Assembly (NCBI GenBank): GCA_905178155.1
Contig: CAJINV010000003.1
Span: 3,541,620-3,605,619, forward strand
DNA length: 64,000 nt
Direction: 5' to 3'
DNA from: Amoebophrya sp. A120
Taxonomy: Eukaryota; Protista; Dinoflagellata
The translations under genes were made by a program, and so were the position numbers. Below, piece by piece: positions 12,201-21,802 of the stretch. A model generated the notes under the pieces. The model searched no databases. It was not told the DNA's origin and worked only from the letters and a program-made list of their open reading frames with translations. How positions within the stretch are numbered: position 1 is the stretch's first letter; the number at the start of each line of letters is the position of its first letter.

Positions 12201-12437
12201 AGTCTCGGAACAAGCGACGCTGGCGTAGCTCATCGGGTATGCTTGTTGTCTCGCGCCGGAGGTCGGCGTGTCTTCTGATGAAGCTGTCCCGCCGCCGCCG
12301 GGCTCGGGGTCGCAAAAAGATGCTACTCTTTCGTCTCCTCGTCCTTGCTCGCACCTCCTTCGCTGTCCGGGCGTAAAAACATGATAATGTTGGAGCCCTC
12401 CCACCCTGCTCAGTGGCGATGCCAAGTGAATCGTCAT
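6252..12437 (-). CDS. Large Ser/Thr protein kinase-like protein, 2061 aa, intronless; kinase subdomains separated by long low-complexity inserts
   Basis: AVDRETGQLVVLK, HPNVV, FVMEMPYIRGGTL, MHENGLVHTDVKLQNFVL, LIDFE, GTAEYLAPE, DLWAVGII and RLSSAKEAL appear in order. Start codon uncertain. Confidence 0.85.
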   Translation of the reverse strand: MTIHLASPLSRVGGLQHYHVFTPGQRRRCEQGRGDERVASFCDPEPGGGGTASSEDTPTSGARQQAYPMSYASVACSETESRPPYIVDQNYYDNYTKEQEKKIQAKSASSISSTKNRSACCCSSTSQTGPRTLPLKRTIDHSTRLTDATSRPATSSSSSSLAEFFSAGSYSLRNMSRTTSLPTRVRCTAGPHGSSSSRENENNIKRIRLPVRRGHILLCTYFANMMALATRSEIVVVYARSTPSGSSSSLAEAGTSSSGEGASGGGSAASSESALPPAPNPSYCAWAAAEDSNSSSSSCSPASSMDEREVEVEVDAQHQQEQSSGDDQMNGLPEMFARSATIAGGADPSSGDQGPGVSSCNIQQRGATAPWASARPSGSCGTNVEGAAFMPLEQPLQPSMLSEDAVVPASPLVAPIALIAAGNGSTSTATSSASVAGTSIVGPAARGASATIPIVPTTEPFPAWNVCAPHQPRMASMASVLEAWGDLALVGAPEPCRSCTPRSSELEEGGARPLAQQVPSTTTGTQLFPGKGAVRAKASTSKPRSSSETAVSRRTKCSSRDPQQISSQEQTQQGPQLLPAVLMKARTNRRARTGTGRGRRPRASTAASSSRAGAEEGAFRDSGRGQEQQEGGGTASSSQAQGPRNDAGGPASSSLPLEPPSPSSPSSRREHERHESSLFSSEDESFSPNMNNQQGATILWPRSLSDPPLGSGSSLDRQQVFATSGGPLQEAAVQGTSTLAGGAEQHTMSSGEDSQSRVSRGRSTEHEDHSDGSRRRIRKHNSQLRGSSSESSFEGPRASRTRHTPMPAQQSPVASFSSAATPGMVAQQDEDDGAMQSTTSFDPAGSTTMVQFAQEIMPLHDLQDGALSSSASGEASSVVPADHMESANPPPTARISHTASPVQLPASTSAAAPGGTTTTSSAQRQASQQAQEKPREQGAVSKGFIRIDNIVDLDNLYNRVDSALDMESASGNDGATNNLDAVFSSSGGEQQRAGATGGRTTAGRDHGEDDHTMSREDEATSDADLDLAEVGNDESTTSNTEDFEQQHLSVAVDRETGQLVVLKLVEASASKRRALTAMLNLPPHPNVVPINRVYEDVENHWFVMEMPYIRGGTLLTWLSRQRVAAARTRGLVPRTAVAVHHPIGSVSASAGGAGVSATLGGGGVELRTSSSPTSCHMEDVLAQQQVVEQQHQQQTPVVLDQDLSRAVHPQVVLGPSSTTTTSCTGLSPATSPSRPPVRAQAASSSLAGAAAPGTVPQALYMLQRGLPAPHWTPTRQLQQSRSPPPGADAQRRQTVGVPGGTSTSTAHSRSRTPYWGLGGGHHHFISAAVASSPTATYPPSASSLAAASASRLQVRSAPGAAYSVRHSQHPNMLRTAVTTRTSATSPALVATTPGSTFVLPQADAPSPDMSTAGTMCAAGCSSCGPRQLAMCGLRGGGAPANVRRTLPVFRRGHESRSPIRQLDRSPLPPAYRAALPTAVPLHGPSPPGHQVGGSSVLDPVQPPPAPMQHRPLHPMTRPTLVTPSAAQPLVSVPHQQPVWATSPSPGPGSSISAAAPLASSVASSVPLVPHGSGASSTTQELHTTPLLSAVNTMDATSTVPMFVDSGGGGGSASSSTCPQSLPNNMHEEKRRIMKGVLSAVQHMHENGLVHTDVKLQNFVLDVDEETGSVKEAMLIDFEFVTPYEALAYWEKRGRIQSVLQGLRTYHNMHHPQQPFSVDEDDPVRTRTTLHQPPRQTQPPNIIAAAMRTRMQPGPAAGAASSSLSARHASAGAAAPAATGGANTIASSLQSAPVGSRHAQQAPQTSALAVVGGEGVLSQNRSTWQQHVPPPPPGPSDIGSHIAQGHITRPFTRTTILNNPAAVGSVPSTTLLATATTAAVQQVIHAASAARTSNATYFLHPTLFPVLPADRDRRIPGVTPTATIQGTAEYLAPEMMVSERRVISPLNDLWAVGIIFFHLETTNYWPWSRKWRENIKATCSARSRTDCTEEGLRRLFHELSWEWYNLLRDDPEVDRRLARFIPDPDSRHLCRKLLHFDEHQRLSSAKEALRLLERLDSKGSST

Positions 12438-14288
12438 TTTCCTCGTGGTGTGGTCGAGAAAGGAGCAGCCGAGCGGGTATCAAGTTAGAACAGCTTCTAC
12501 TTGCTGCACCCGCAGCACCACAGCTCCGCTTCCCAGGAGGCAAAAAAAACGCCGGGGTGGGTGGGCAGGGTCGGCTTGGAGAGCTCCGGCTGCTCGTGCA
12601 ACTGCTGGTGTGGGCTGTCGTGAAAAGGGTCGGCTCTGTCTTTCGAATCATTGCACGCGAAACAGGCGACGGTGATGATTCCTTCTCGTTGTGTAGAATT
12701 TTGGACCGGAAACGGCACGCGAGGGACCAAAAAAGGAAACGTGGAAATAAACCTTCGTGGTGCGAGAATGATTCAGCTTTGAGTCCGTGGCATCATCATA
12801 ACGAGCACCGTGTTCGTCCTAGAGCAGATGAAAGCGTGTTTCTCCTTTTGATGCCGAAAAACGAAACAGACGTGATTTAGGTTTACAGACGTAACTTAGG
12901 TTTACAGAAATCGCAAAAATAAATGAGAACTGTGGTATCATTCTGCCGCGAACGACCCGAAACCCAAGACTGGTACTGAGAAAGAAGGGCTGCAATTCGC
13001 AAGGAATCCGTAGAATAGGTATAGGACAACTTACTACTAGCATTCACAGCAAGGCACAAATCATCTGAGTGGGTTCTCTTATGAAGGGAGCATTTGAAGA
13101 ATGAAAAGCAGTTCTCGGTCTGAAGACGGACTCTAAATCGGTTGTAGCTGGAAGTGGTATCTATTCCTATCGGGTAAAGCAATGCTTCGAGAGCTTTGAT
13201 GCACGAAGGGCGGTTCGTCGACGTTGCAAATGCAGTTGTTCCTATTGTCGTCGTCTTCAGTGACAAATTGTCGTGATCTTCATCGTCTTCCGCTTTGGCT
13301 ACAACTTCCTACCACAGAAAGCACGATCAGAGTTTCAGTTAACAGATCGGATCATCTTCTAAACTGGACCACCACGACACAAAAAGTTCAGACATTCAAT
13401 TACGTCAACAACATTCAAGGACCAAGGATACGGGTGAAAACTGATCACGGTGTAGCCAACCTCTGCCAGTATAAAAATACGTAGATCTTAATCTTCTTTA
13501 TCCATCTCGTGCGGTCGTACTGTGAGTCAAATGCCTATTGTTTGGATCTTGCTTCCATCTCTGTTTGCGTTGGCTGGTTTTGGCTTGAGATGAAGCACCT
13601 AGTGCTGCAAAAGCTCCGGTACATACTCACTGTCAGAAGCTAGGGCCTGATCATCATCATGCTAGTTGCGTATAGAAAAAATATGAACTTTTGCGCCCTC
13701 ACGTAAGTCTTTGCCTTTGCTTTCTCTCGTGTGAGAAAAACGCATACATCTGGGCGGGCGTTGAGATTTTCTTGCCTCGATTGACTCAGATCAGTTTTTG
13801 AAGTAAGGACGCCCCGTCTGCACCTCCCCGCGAGCAGTCCTGGACATTCAAAAGTCTGAGTTTCGTCGTCACAAAAAAAGTACAAATTTCATATATGCTA
13901 CGTGTACGTCTTTTCTTTTTCCTTGCACTCCTTCTCGTGATCCTTGTCGAAAACACACCAGCAACAGAAATGTATACCGAAGAGATGCAGATGTGAGAAC
14001 AAGTGGAAGTCGCGTCGAAGACAACATGTTCTGCCAGTGATCATGTAAAAAGAACTTCACTGCCCTGGAAAACAGGCGGGACGCGGCAGAGGGATGAAGT
14101 GTGCGCACCGATGAAAAGTGACCAGAAAAAGCTTGTATCAATGTACTTAGTATACGGACAACCAACCTCTGCGACCGCACCTACATATCGAGATAGCTCT
14201 ACGATGTGGCGAAGTGCGAAAGGCTGACAACACAAGCACCTCCCTATATACTTCTCTGCTCCTGGTGCGTCGATCGACGTTCCGTCGA

Positions 14289-17200
14289 CTAGCGCCACCT
14301 GTCCTGCGACCGATAATCCGACCACCAATGATCCTCCACAGTACCCTGTTCCCAATAGGTCGTATTAAAAGCTTCTCGGTATGGCAACTCCCACCAATAG
14401 TTGGTGCGCAACATATCATGGATACATTGCCCTTCCTGAACCGTGTCACTGGTGAAGAAGGGGGCTAGATATCAATTGCAAATATGTCAAGGCATCGAAA
14501 AATGTCACGCAGATTACTTAACATTTGCCATATTTCCCTTAAAATTTTTTTTTTACAAAAACAGAAGAGAACAGCCGAAGCTGAACCAACTCCGAATACC
14601 CTTTCCGAAGCTGTAAAAAACCGCAAGTATGTATTTACTACAGGCCACCGACGGGACAATGCCCTGAGAGAAGTATTCGGAAACTCCACAAACAATCGTA
14701 AAACCGTTTCGCCGAGGAAAAACAGGCTGATCATCAGCCTGTTTTTCCTCGGCGAACCACCAGTTTGTGTGACCGACAAGCCGCATCACAACTTTGCATC
14801 TTCCCCGGCCCAGACATATTTGTAAAATGCATACTAGGAAGTCGGCCCAAGTTCCGCAAGAGGGGATCCACGCATACCCCGAGTCCATCAGCGTCCTCAC
14901 CGCAGCGGAAATGGTGCCGAACAGACGCTTCCTTGAACGGCCGAAGACAACGCCAGGGTTTCCAACGTACGACGACTGCACGTCATCGCGCTCCACTTCC
15001 TGCAGGAATGCCCAGAACGGCAAACTGAAAACAACGAGCATAGAAAGGACCTCTGCGACGTACGCCGAGCGCGGCAGGAGCAGACTGGCTGTGTGCGGAA
15101 CCAGTCGGCCGGTTGACCCTCCACTTCCTGCAGAGGTGTGCCGGAACAATACTAGTGTCATGGCCAGACCGAGGAAGAGCAAGCTGAGCAGCCACCCGAG
15201 GACAAGAAACAGAGCCCGCGGAAAGTACTCCCAGGGGTATTTTTGCATCGCCGCCACCTGCATTTTGTGGTTGCCGCAGAAAGCGCTTTGGGCATGCGCA
15301 AGCGCATTGAAACTTCTTTCCAGTTCTTCGCCCGCCAGTAAGCGCTCCGAAGAAGTCAGGCCGAAGAGAACCATTCTTAGGTTGACATTTTCGCTCCACA
15401 CAAGCTGCCTCGTTTCGAAAAGCAGTAGGAGGAACATCGCGAATGCCACCACTGAATGCAGGGCCCTCTCGTACTTACGGGTTTTCATCTCGTGCAGCTC
15501 AGAGACCGGTCTCTGCTCTCTTGTCGGAGCAACTGCATCTTCGCCAGTAGCATCGTCCTCCCGCGCCGCGTGCACAGTGTCGGCTTCGTTACTCTTCTGG
15601 TCATAGGTCGAGGATGGAATTGCCGCGGCTATGAGTATCAAAACATGCGGAACGACCAGCCACACGACACGCAGCGCTAGATGCCACACCCGTTCGGTCT
15701 GTGGCGCTACGAGATACAGGAAATCGTTGCCCTCATCTTCGTTTCTCCACACGACGGATTCACCACGAGGGTTGTAAGTGGCACTGGCACACTCTCGGTC
15801 GTAGACGGTCACCGTATAGTGCGACAGAATGACACAGATTTGATTGATGATCATACAGGTGGTAAAAATGCGGCCCTCCGAACTGTCGGATCGCTGGGTG
15901 ACAGACGACAATGTTCCCCTGTCGAAAAAGTCCCAGGGTAACACGTAGTACTTCGACTCCGTGGACGGTAGCTCCTTTTCCTCGGTTGTGTCCTCCTGCC
16001 GCGTCTTGTTGTCACTGATCGCCGCCAACACTTCATGATTTCGCGGCAGCTCCCGCTGCACCACGTCTGGTGGCAGTACCTCGTCCGCCCCGTTGGCTCG
16101 TACATACGTGAGTGGAAAGAAAACCAGCTTTGTTGGCAGTACGATCGCGATCAGAACGGAAATGTAGCCCATGGTGAGAAAAAACATCGTGAACGTGTAC
16201 TCGAGCTTCGATAGCGCAAATAAATACGTTAGTATCCACTCGATGACGATCTCGAGAAACGCCAGGAGGTCGCGCACGGTCCGAAAACCCCTCCTCGAAT
16301 TCTCCTCCACGCCCTTCAGATCGTGGTTGCAGCTCGTCACCATGGCGCGGAGGTCGCGGTTCTCGCGTTCCAGGTCCGCCACCGTCCTTGTCAGGGATGT
16401 CTGTGACGTCTGCAGTGTCGTCACCAAACTTCTTAACGATGTCTCTGACGCCTTATGACACCGCACGACTCCCCATGGCATGAACGGCAATACAAGAGTC
16501 CGTCGGCAAGAATGCAGGTTCTGCATGACAAATTTGCACAGGCGTGTAGTGCTATTTGGGCTTCCAGAACTTGTCATGCAAACAGTGCCAAGAGGGAGAG
16601 GCACAACCTGGACTTCAAATTCGACTTGGTACTTTATTTTGCATGACAAATGCGGGGGTGGGGGACCTGAGCTTCTCATAAGCCTGCAGACTCGCCACCG
16701 ACACTCCCAGCTGCGCAAGCTGCTGCTCAACCGAAAGCTGCTGTTTTGGTGCCGTCTGCTCATCATCAAGGCGAACCGCCTGCAACGCCGAGACGGAGGC
16801 CTCGCCCGTAGCGGCACTAGCGGCATCCGCATCCTCCTGATGAGCAGAGGAAGAAGCGGAATGTCGATCTTTTTTCCTAAAGTGGATAGGCCAAAAGGAA
16901 ACAGGGTTTTTTTTCATTTTTTCTTCTGCTACGTCTCGCTTTAACTCAAATATGCGAGAAATCTTCATTATGATTTTTTGAATCTGTTCGACGCTAAGCC
17001 GTAGATGGTTCCCGTAGTTTGAAAAATCATCATAACAAATAAGTACTTCTCGTCGGGGTCCTACAGCTGAGTCTGGATTTTCATCACTCCGCTGTTCAAG
17101 AAATGTGTGGTGCGAAAAATCAAGCTGCAGTTCGGTCTCGTGCCCGTGGATCTGATGCGCAGTCGTCGAAAGAGCGAAGGGCTCAGTTGAAGATTTTGCC

Positions 17201-17553
17201 TCGCCATCTGTTCCGCTCGCAGAAGCTGGTCTGCTCTCATCGAATGCTTCCAGATCACCAGCGTCCTGGTGGCCGGGTTTGGAAAGCAATCGCGTGGCTA
17301 GAAGTTGCTCCTGACGGGTGGACACCTCTTCCCTTGCAGAATTACCAAGCTCCGAGCCACTTCGCTCCGACAGTTCGTAGGTCTTCGTCTTGTCTGGAGA
17401 CGAAGACAACTGGGGCTCGCTTTCTTGAGAAATCGTATTGCCCTCCACCCTTCCGACAACAAAAACGCAACACGCTCCGGCGCAGAGCAGCACCCACCGT
17501 GCGAACCTGGAGCAACTCCGCTCCGCGAAGTGGGACAGCTGCCATTTGAGCAT
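14289..17553 (-). CDS. Signal-peptide, coiled-coil and multi-pass membrane protein (C-terminal part weakly Frag1/DRAM/Sfk1-like), interrupted by two introner-like elements
   Basis: Hydrophobic N-terminus (WVLLCAGACCVFVVG). ORFs 16615-17553 and 14553-16832 join in frame (SLQ-ASETSLR) when 16452-16683 is removed. Removing the 14470-14833 element plus one TSD gives DFL-APFFTSDTV...DRWR* ending at 14289. A probable further intron at ~16880-17045 is unresolved. Confidence 0.65.
14470..14833. mobile_element. Introner/MITE-like element 1 (364 bp), degenerate TIRs, TSD CTAGA/CTAGG
   Basis: Left end TATCAATTGCAAATATGTC; right end reverse-complements to TATGCATTTTACAAATATGTCTGGG, resembling the TIR of the 40127 and 52125 elements. 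Flanks 14465-14469 and 14834-14838 match 4/5. Confidence 0.75.
14708..14756. repeat. Perfect 24-bp inverted repeat with 1-nt spacer, inside element 1
   Basis: TTCGCCGAGGAAAAACAGGCTGAT-C-ATCAGCCTGTTTTTCCTCGGCGAA. Confidence 0.95.
16454..16680. mobile_element. Introner/MITE-like element 2 (227 bp), eroded TIRs, TSD CGCCT/AGCCT, spliceable as GC-AG
   Basis: Ends TATGA...TCATA. Internal TTGTCATGC/GCATGACAA motifs are shared with elements 3 and 4. Removing 232 nt (16452-16683, GC...AG on the minus strand) fuses two ORFs in frame. Confidence 0.7.
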
Positions 17554-18896
17554 GTCACCAGCTCCAGATAAACAAATACTATTGTTTAACTTCCTCTGCA
17601 GATGAAGGCAGGTGGACTTACAATGAACTGTGCATCAAGAACTGAAACTCATAGTACGGATCATTCTGTATGTTCTTCATTCTTCTGCCGCACCTGCGGC
17701 GACACAAGAAACAAAGGATGGCTTCACATCAAGAAGTTCTTGCACGCAAAATCCGTTTCCTCTCTCTCTGTACACAACTTCACTCATTTAAAGACTATCG
17801 CTTAGTGTCTACAATGAAGATCCTGATCGGAAATCACTTGGAGGACTTGGAAGACACTGAACATCGTCATCGATTATATCCTTCTTCCTGTCTGCACATG
17901 ATGTGAGCGCTTTCCTGCGGCGTAATACGCTTTCTCGTCATGCTCCGTCTGTACGACGAAATGGCGATTCCTCTACTGCTTGTCGTGCCAGAAGATTCCA
18001 CTGCCAGGCTGGAAGCCAGAGCTTGAGCTTTCGGTTCAAACGCCAGTTGAAGCATTAACGCCAGTAGATGCGCTCGTGTCGTGTAAAAAAGAGCAAGGAC
18101 ATGAGAGCGGTTGTGCTTGTTGCTGGTCAATATGAAAAACATAAGGGGCACCACCTACCATTTTTACCAACACACGTAAGCTGACCTGAAAATAGGTCTT
18201 CGGCATTAAAGAGTTGTGACGTGACATTGAGCACAGGTAGAAGCATTGCGGATATGGGTGATGTTGATGTCGCATCTTCGGAAGCCCGCCATTGCTCAGC
18301 ACAGAAACAGGATGAACCACGATCACACTGAGCTGGCGCATCCATGCATACTTTAGGTCCGGCCCCACCGCCCGCTGGAAAAAGTTCTTCTGAAATAGCC
18401 ACTCGCGATAGTAGGAAGAAGGAGATAACATACACATCAACGGGGGGGAAGTAGATGTGATAGGGGAGACGAGGTGATCGCCTTTATTCTGCATGATGAT
18501 CAGAAAAAAGAAAAAGATTAAATTTGCCCAAACGCGCGTAAATAGAATGCACATGAAGTTAGTGCCCTTTCCGTGGCACAAACGTGAATGTCGGATTCGC
18601 GGACATGGGCGGGGGTCTGGGTCACAATGATAGTTACAATCGAAACTCATGGTGAACATGAAAGCAAGTTTTGTATAAATATTGAAAAAAGATTAAAATT
18701 GATCGAAAATGAAAATCATGGTTGAAAAGTAAATAATGTTCATTTCACCTCCCTGTTATCTGCTTTTATTGTACAGTAAAATTTATGACAGAAAAAAATT
18801 GATTGCCATTGCCCGTTGTTAGAGACAAGTCTGAAACATCAAGTCACACCGTAGGCCGAAACCTAGGCAGTAACTTTGTGTCACAACAAGACAAAT

Positions 18897-20720
18897 TTAC
18901 TCCGTGTTGAACTTGGGTGCGTACGCGCGCTGGTTGCCGGAAAGTTCGCCCGGGGTGGCGATCACGGTATTGACGAAGCAACCCCGTCCGACTTGCTCAT
19001 CGAGATGCGCTGTTTTGTTTTTGATTACTTAGCCATATGAGGTAATTTTCATCCCAGATTCAGATGCAGAAACACGTCTTGCACGACCTTCCGCCCAGAC
19101 GGGCTTGCGCTGTGTTGTAGCGTCTGGTTGTACATTTTCGTAACAATGCGTGGAAGTAGAAGTCTCCTGGTTTAGACTCGAACGAACGGACAAACGCGCT
19201 GCCATTAATCAATCACGATGACGAGACACTAAAGAATCCAAAAAATCCTCCGTGGGCTGGAAAGTAGATGAAATAAACAGATCTAGAAGATCACAAAGAG
19301 AACGTCAAATTACCTTGCAAGCCGTCTTCCATGCCCGCTTCCTTGCATTCCCAGACGCAGTAGGCGAGGTCCTTGCTGACTGGCATGAAGGAATGGTTGG
19401 CAAACCCCTTGTCGAGGCCGTCTTGGGTGAACTTGGCATAAGCCTCCTGGTCGGCCATCATCTTAGCGGTGTCAGCCCACCACTCATCGGCCTTGCCCTC
19501 CTTCATGTCGTGCTTCACGATGTACCACTGGCCTGAAGTATCAACAACATTTTTATACTTGAAAATATCACTTTTGTTATGTTCGCTCTCCTCCCCCATC
19601 GCATTTCTAGCAATACCATGGGATCAGCTGGGAGAGCAATTAGCAAGATGCTGCTCGTGCACGCACTCCGAGTGCTCCCGTTCATGGTTCCAGATCTTCG
19701 GGCATACGCAGAGAAGGCAATTCCAATTTCAATTTCTACGATGAAGCTGACTAGATAGCAACGGAACAAACAAATGCATCTTTACTAGCCAGGGAAATAA
19801 ACTTAAGTATACTGGCGCTGGAGGCGTAGGTGGCATTCAGTTCCATGGAGAGCTTGGAGTCCTTCGCGTAGGCGGCGGCAAACGGCATCTGTCCGCCGGT
19901 GAGCTCCGGGCTGATCACCATCAACTTGTTGACCATCATCTTCTGCCCCACGCTGTCATCCAACAGGGTCTGCAAATCAGCTTCCTTGACACCTGGGTCG
20001 TGGAGACGATATCATTATGTGGTCGTTTAGCATGCATTTGAATTTGTATGAAAAGAAAAACTAAAACATACAAGTTCAACATGAAATAACCTAGAAGTTC
20101 AACATGAAATAACCCGAATAAAACTTGGTAGACCTAGAAGACAATTTTAATTTTTATATGTGAAATTATAGTGCAAGGATCAAGTTGTGTGGAGTGATTC
20201 TAGTCCTGCTCCTTCTCTTACCCGCCTTGCACTCCCAGATGCAGCAAATGTGGTCCTGCGCCATGGGGATGAAGGCGTGGTTGTAGAATCCGTTCCCGGA
20301 GTTGCCCGAGAACATGCCCTTGAGCTTCTCCGGGTCGGACAGGAACGGGGTCATGGCGGTCCACCAATCCTCCGCCTTGCAGTCCGGCTTGAAAGTGTGG
20401 TCAACCACGTAGAAGGTGCTGGGACCATCCGCGGCGGCCTCGGCCGGCTTGGCGGGCTCCTATGTTTAAATTCAAAATATTCTTGCATGGTAATTGCGAT
20501 GCTGGGATGATTTTTCGTCCCACAAATAGGCTGTGACTGTGTGGACTTCCGACTTCATCAACGAATGGAAATACAAATGAAAATAAATATCGAATTCATG
20601 CAACACACGTGGTCCACTTTGTGTAAATCTATTTTCAAATACCGCGGCCATTTGCGGCGGAGCAGCCGCGGCTGGAGCGGCTTCTGCCGCCTTTTCCTGC
20701 TTAGACGACGCGCAACCCAT
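18897..20720 (-). CDS. Predicted N-myristoylated/palmitoylated protein with two tandem copies of a ~95-aa domain; 5 exons (20720-20643, 20459-20222, 19992-19813, 19532-19314, 19009-18897)
   Basis: Starts MGCASSK. Repeat 1 FYVVDH...EDWW...GFYNHAFIPM...CCIWECK and repeat 2 WYIVKH...DEWW...GFANHSFMPV...YCVWECK. All four introns are GT-AG and phase-compatible. Confidence 0.85.
20072..20114. repeat. Intronic 20-bp direct repeat, 2 copies, period 23
   Basis: AAGTTCAACATGAAATAACC at 20072-20091 and 20095-20114. Confidence 0.9.
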
Positions 20721-20917
20721 TTTCTTTTCGAAGTTTGAGTTTCGGTTTACTAAACCGGAACAGTCGCTAAGTGATTAAATTGAGACTATCAACCCTGAAC
20801 GCAGCAAAAAAAGAACGCGTACGCGATGGAAACGACGAAATATGGAGTTTTTTGAAGCAAGACGATGGTGTGAGTACTTACTTTGGGGTTTTTGGGTGTC
20901 GACGCTCTTTTTCTCTA

Positions 20918-21140
20918 GAGCGGGGTAACAAATTCTGACGAGTTGTGGCCGTCCCACTTCTCACCCGCCCGGCCGGGTGGGTGGCTAGTGGGACGGAACC
21001 AGGATCCTGACCACGAGAGCGGCGAAAAGCAAGATCCCGCCAGCTGGTCAGGATCCTGGTTCCGTCCCACTAGTCACCCATTCGGCCGGGCGGGTGAGAA
21101 GTGGGACGGCCACAACTCGTCGGAATTTGTTACCCCGCTC
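20918..21140. repeat. Long intergenic inverted repeat (96-bp arms, 31-nt loop); fold-back element or hairpin RNA candidate
   Basis: Arms 20918-21013 and 21045-21140 are complementary at 92/96 positions. No target-site duplication is visible. Confidence 0.95.
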
Positions 21141-21802
21141 CACTGGTTTTGCGTTTGAGAGAATCGAAAAAAATGAAGCAAAAGGAGTACGCGGGGGCGC
21201 TCCTCCAACATACGGAATGTGGTATAGACAAAAAAGCCCACACAACGGTTTGAGTTTGTCTTTGCGGTTGTACGATGATTTGGACTAACTGTACGCCTAA
21301 CGGTTTTTGCACGACTTCGAAAAAAGGACTTTTCTCTCTTACCGATGTTATTCATGGACGAAAAGTACAATGAAAATGACCGACATCGCTTTCTCTTCGG
21401 CGACTGACAGAGAGAGATACATTTGACGTATTTCCTCGACGTATAAAGAAGTAGAAAACAAATTTGAACACTTTTCTATATGCTGACTGCGGTGCAATCA
21501 GTTGTACGAAAGAGATGACAGGTCGCTTGACGTCGACCGCCCACCCTTGGAAGGAGTCAATGAGTCACGACTTCCGCATCCGCCTCCTTCTTAGCTGAAA
21601 TTGAAAATGGACAAACGTCATGTGAAAAAGTGAAAAGTGTCGCTTTGTTCCTGATTTGATAGGAGATCGGAGAGCAGGTCAACGAGTGTCGTTTCGTACT
21701 GGGCCTCTGTCTTTCGCGCGAATCAAGATTAAGGCGCACCGGGGAAAGGCTGCAGCACGAAATCAGCGACAACGATGAACGTGGTCAGTATAGAATCAAG
21801 AA

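Noticed and set aside
14147-14464. Alternative GT-AG splicing of element 1 (14465-14834) into ORF 14147-14449
   Set aside because: It removes one extra base relative to the TSD geometry and gives a less protein-like tail. Disfavoured but not excluded without transcripts.
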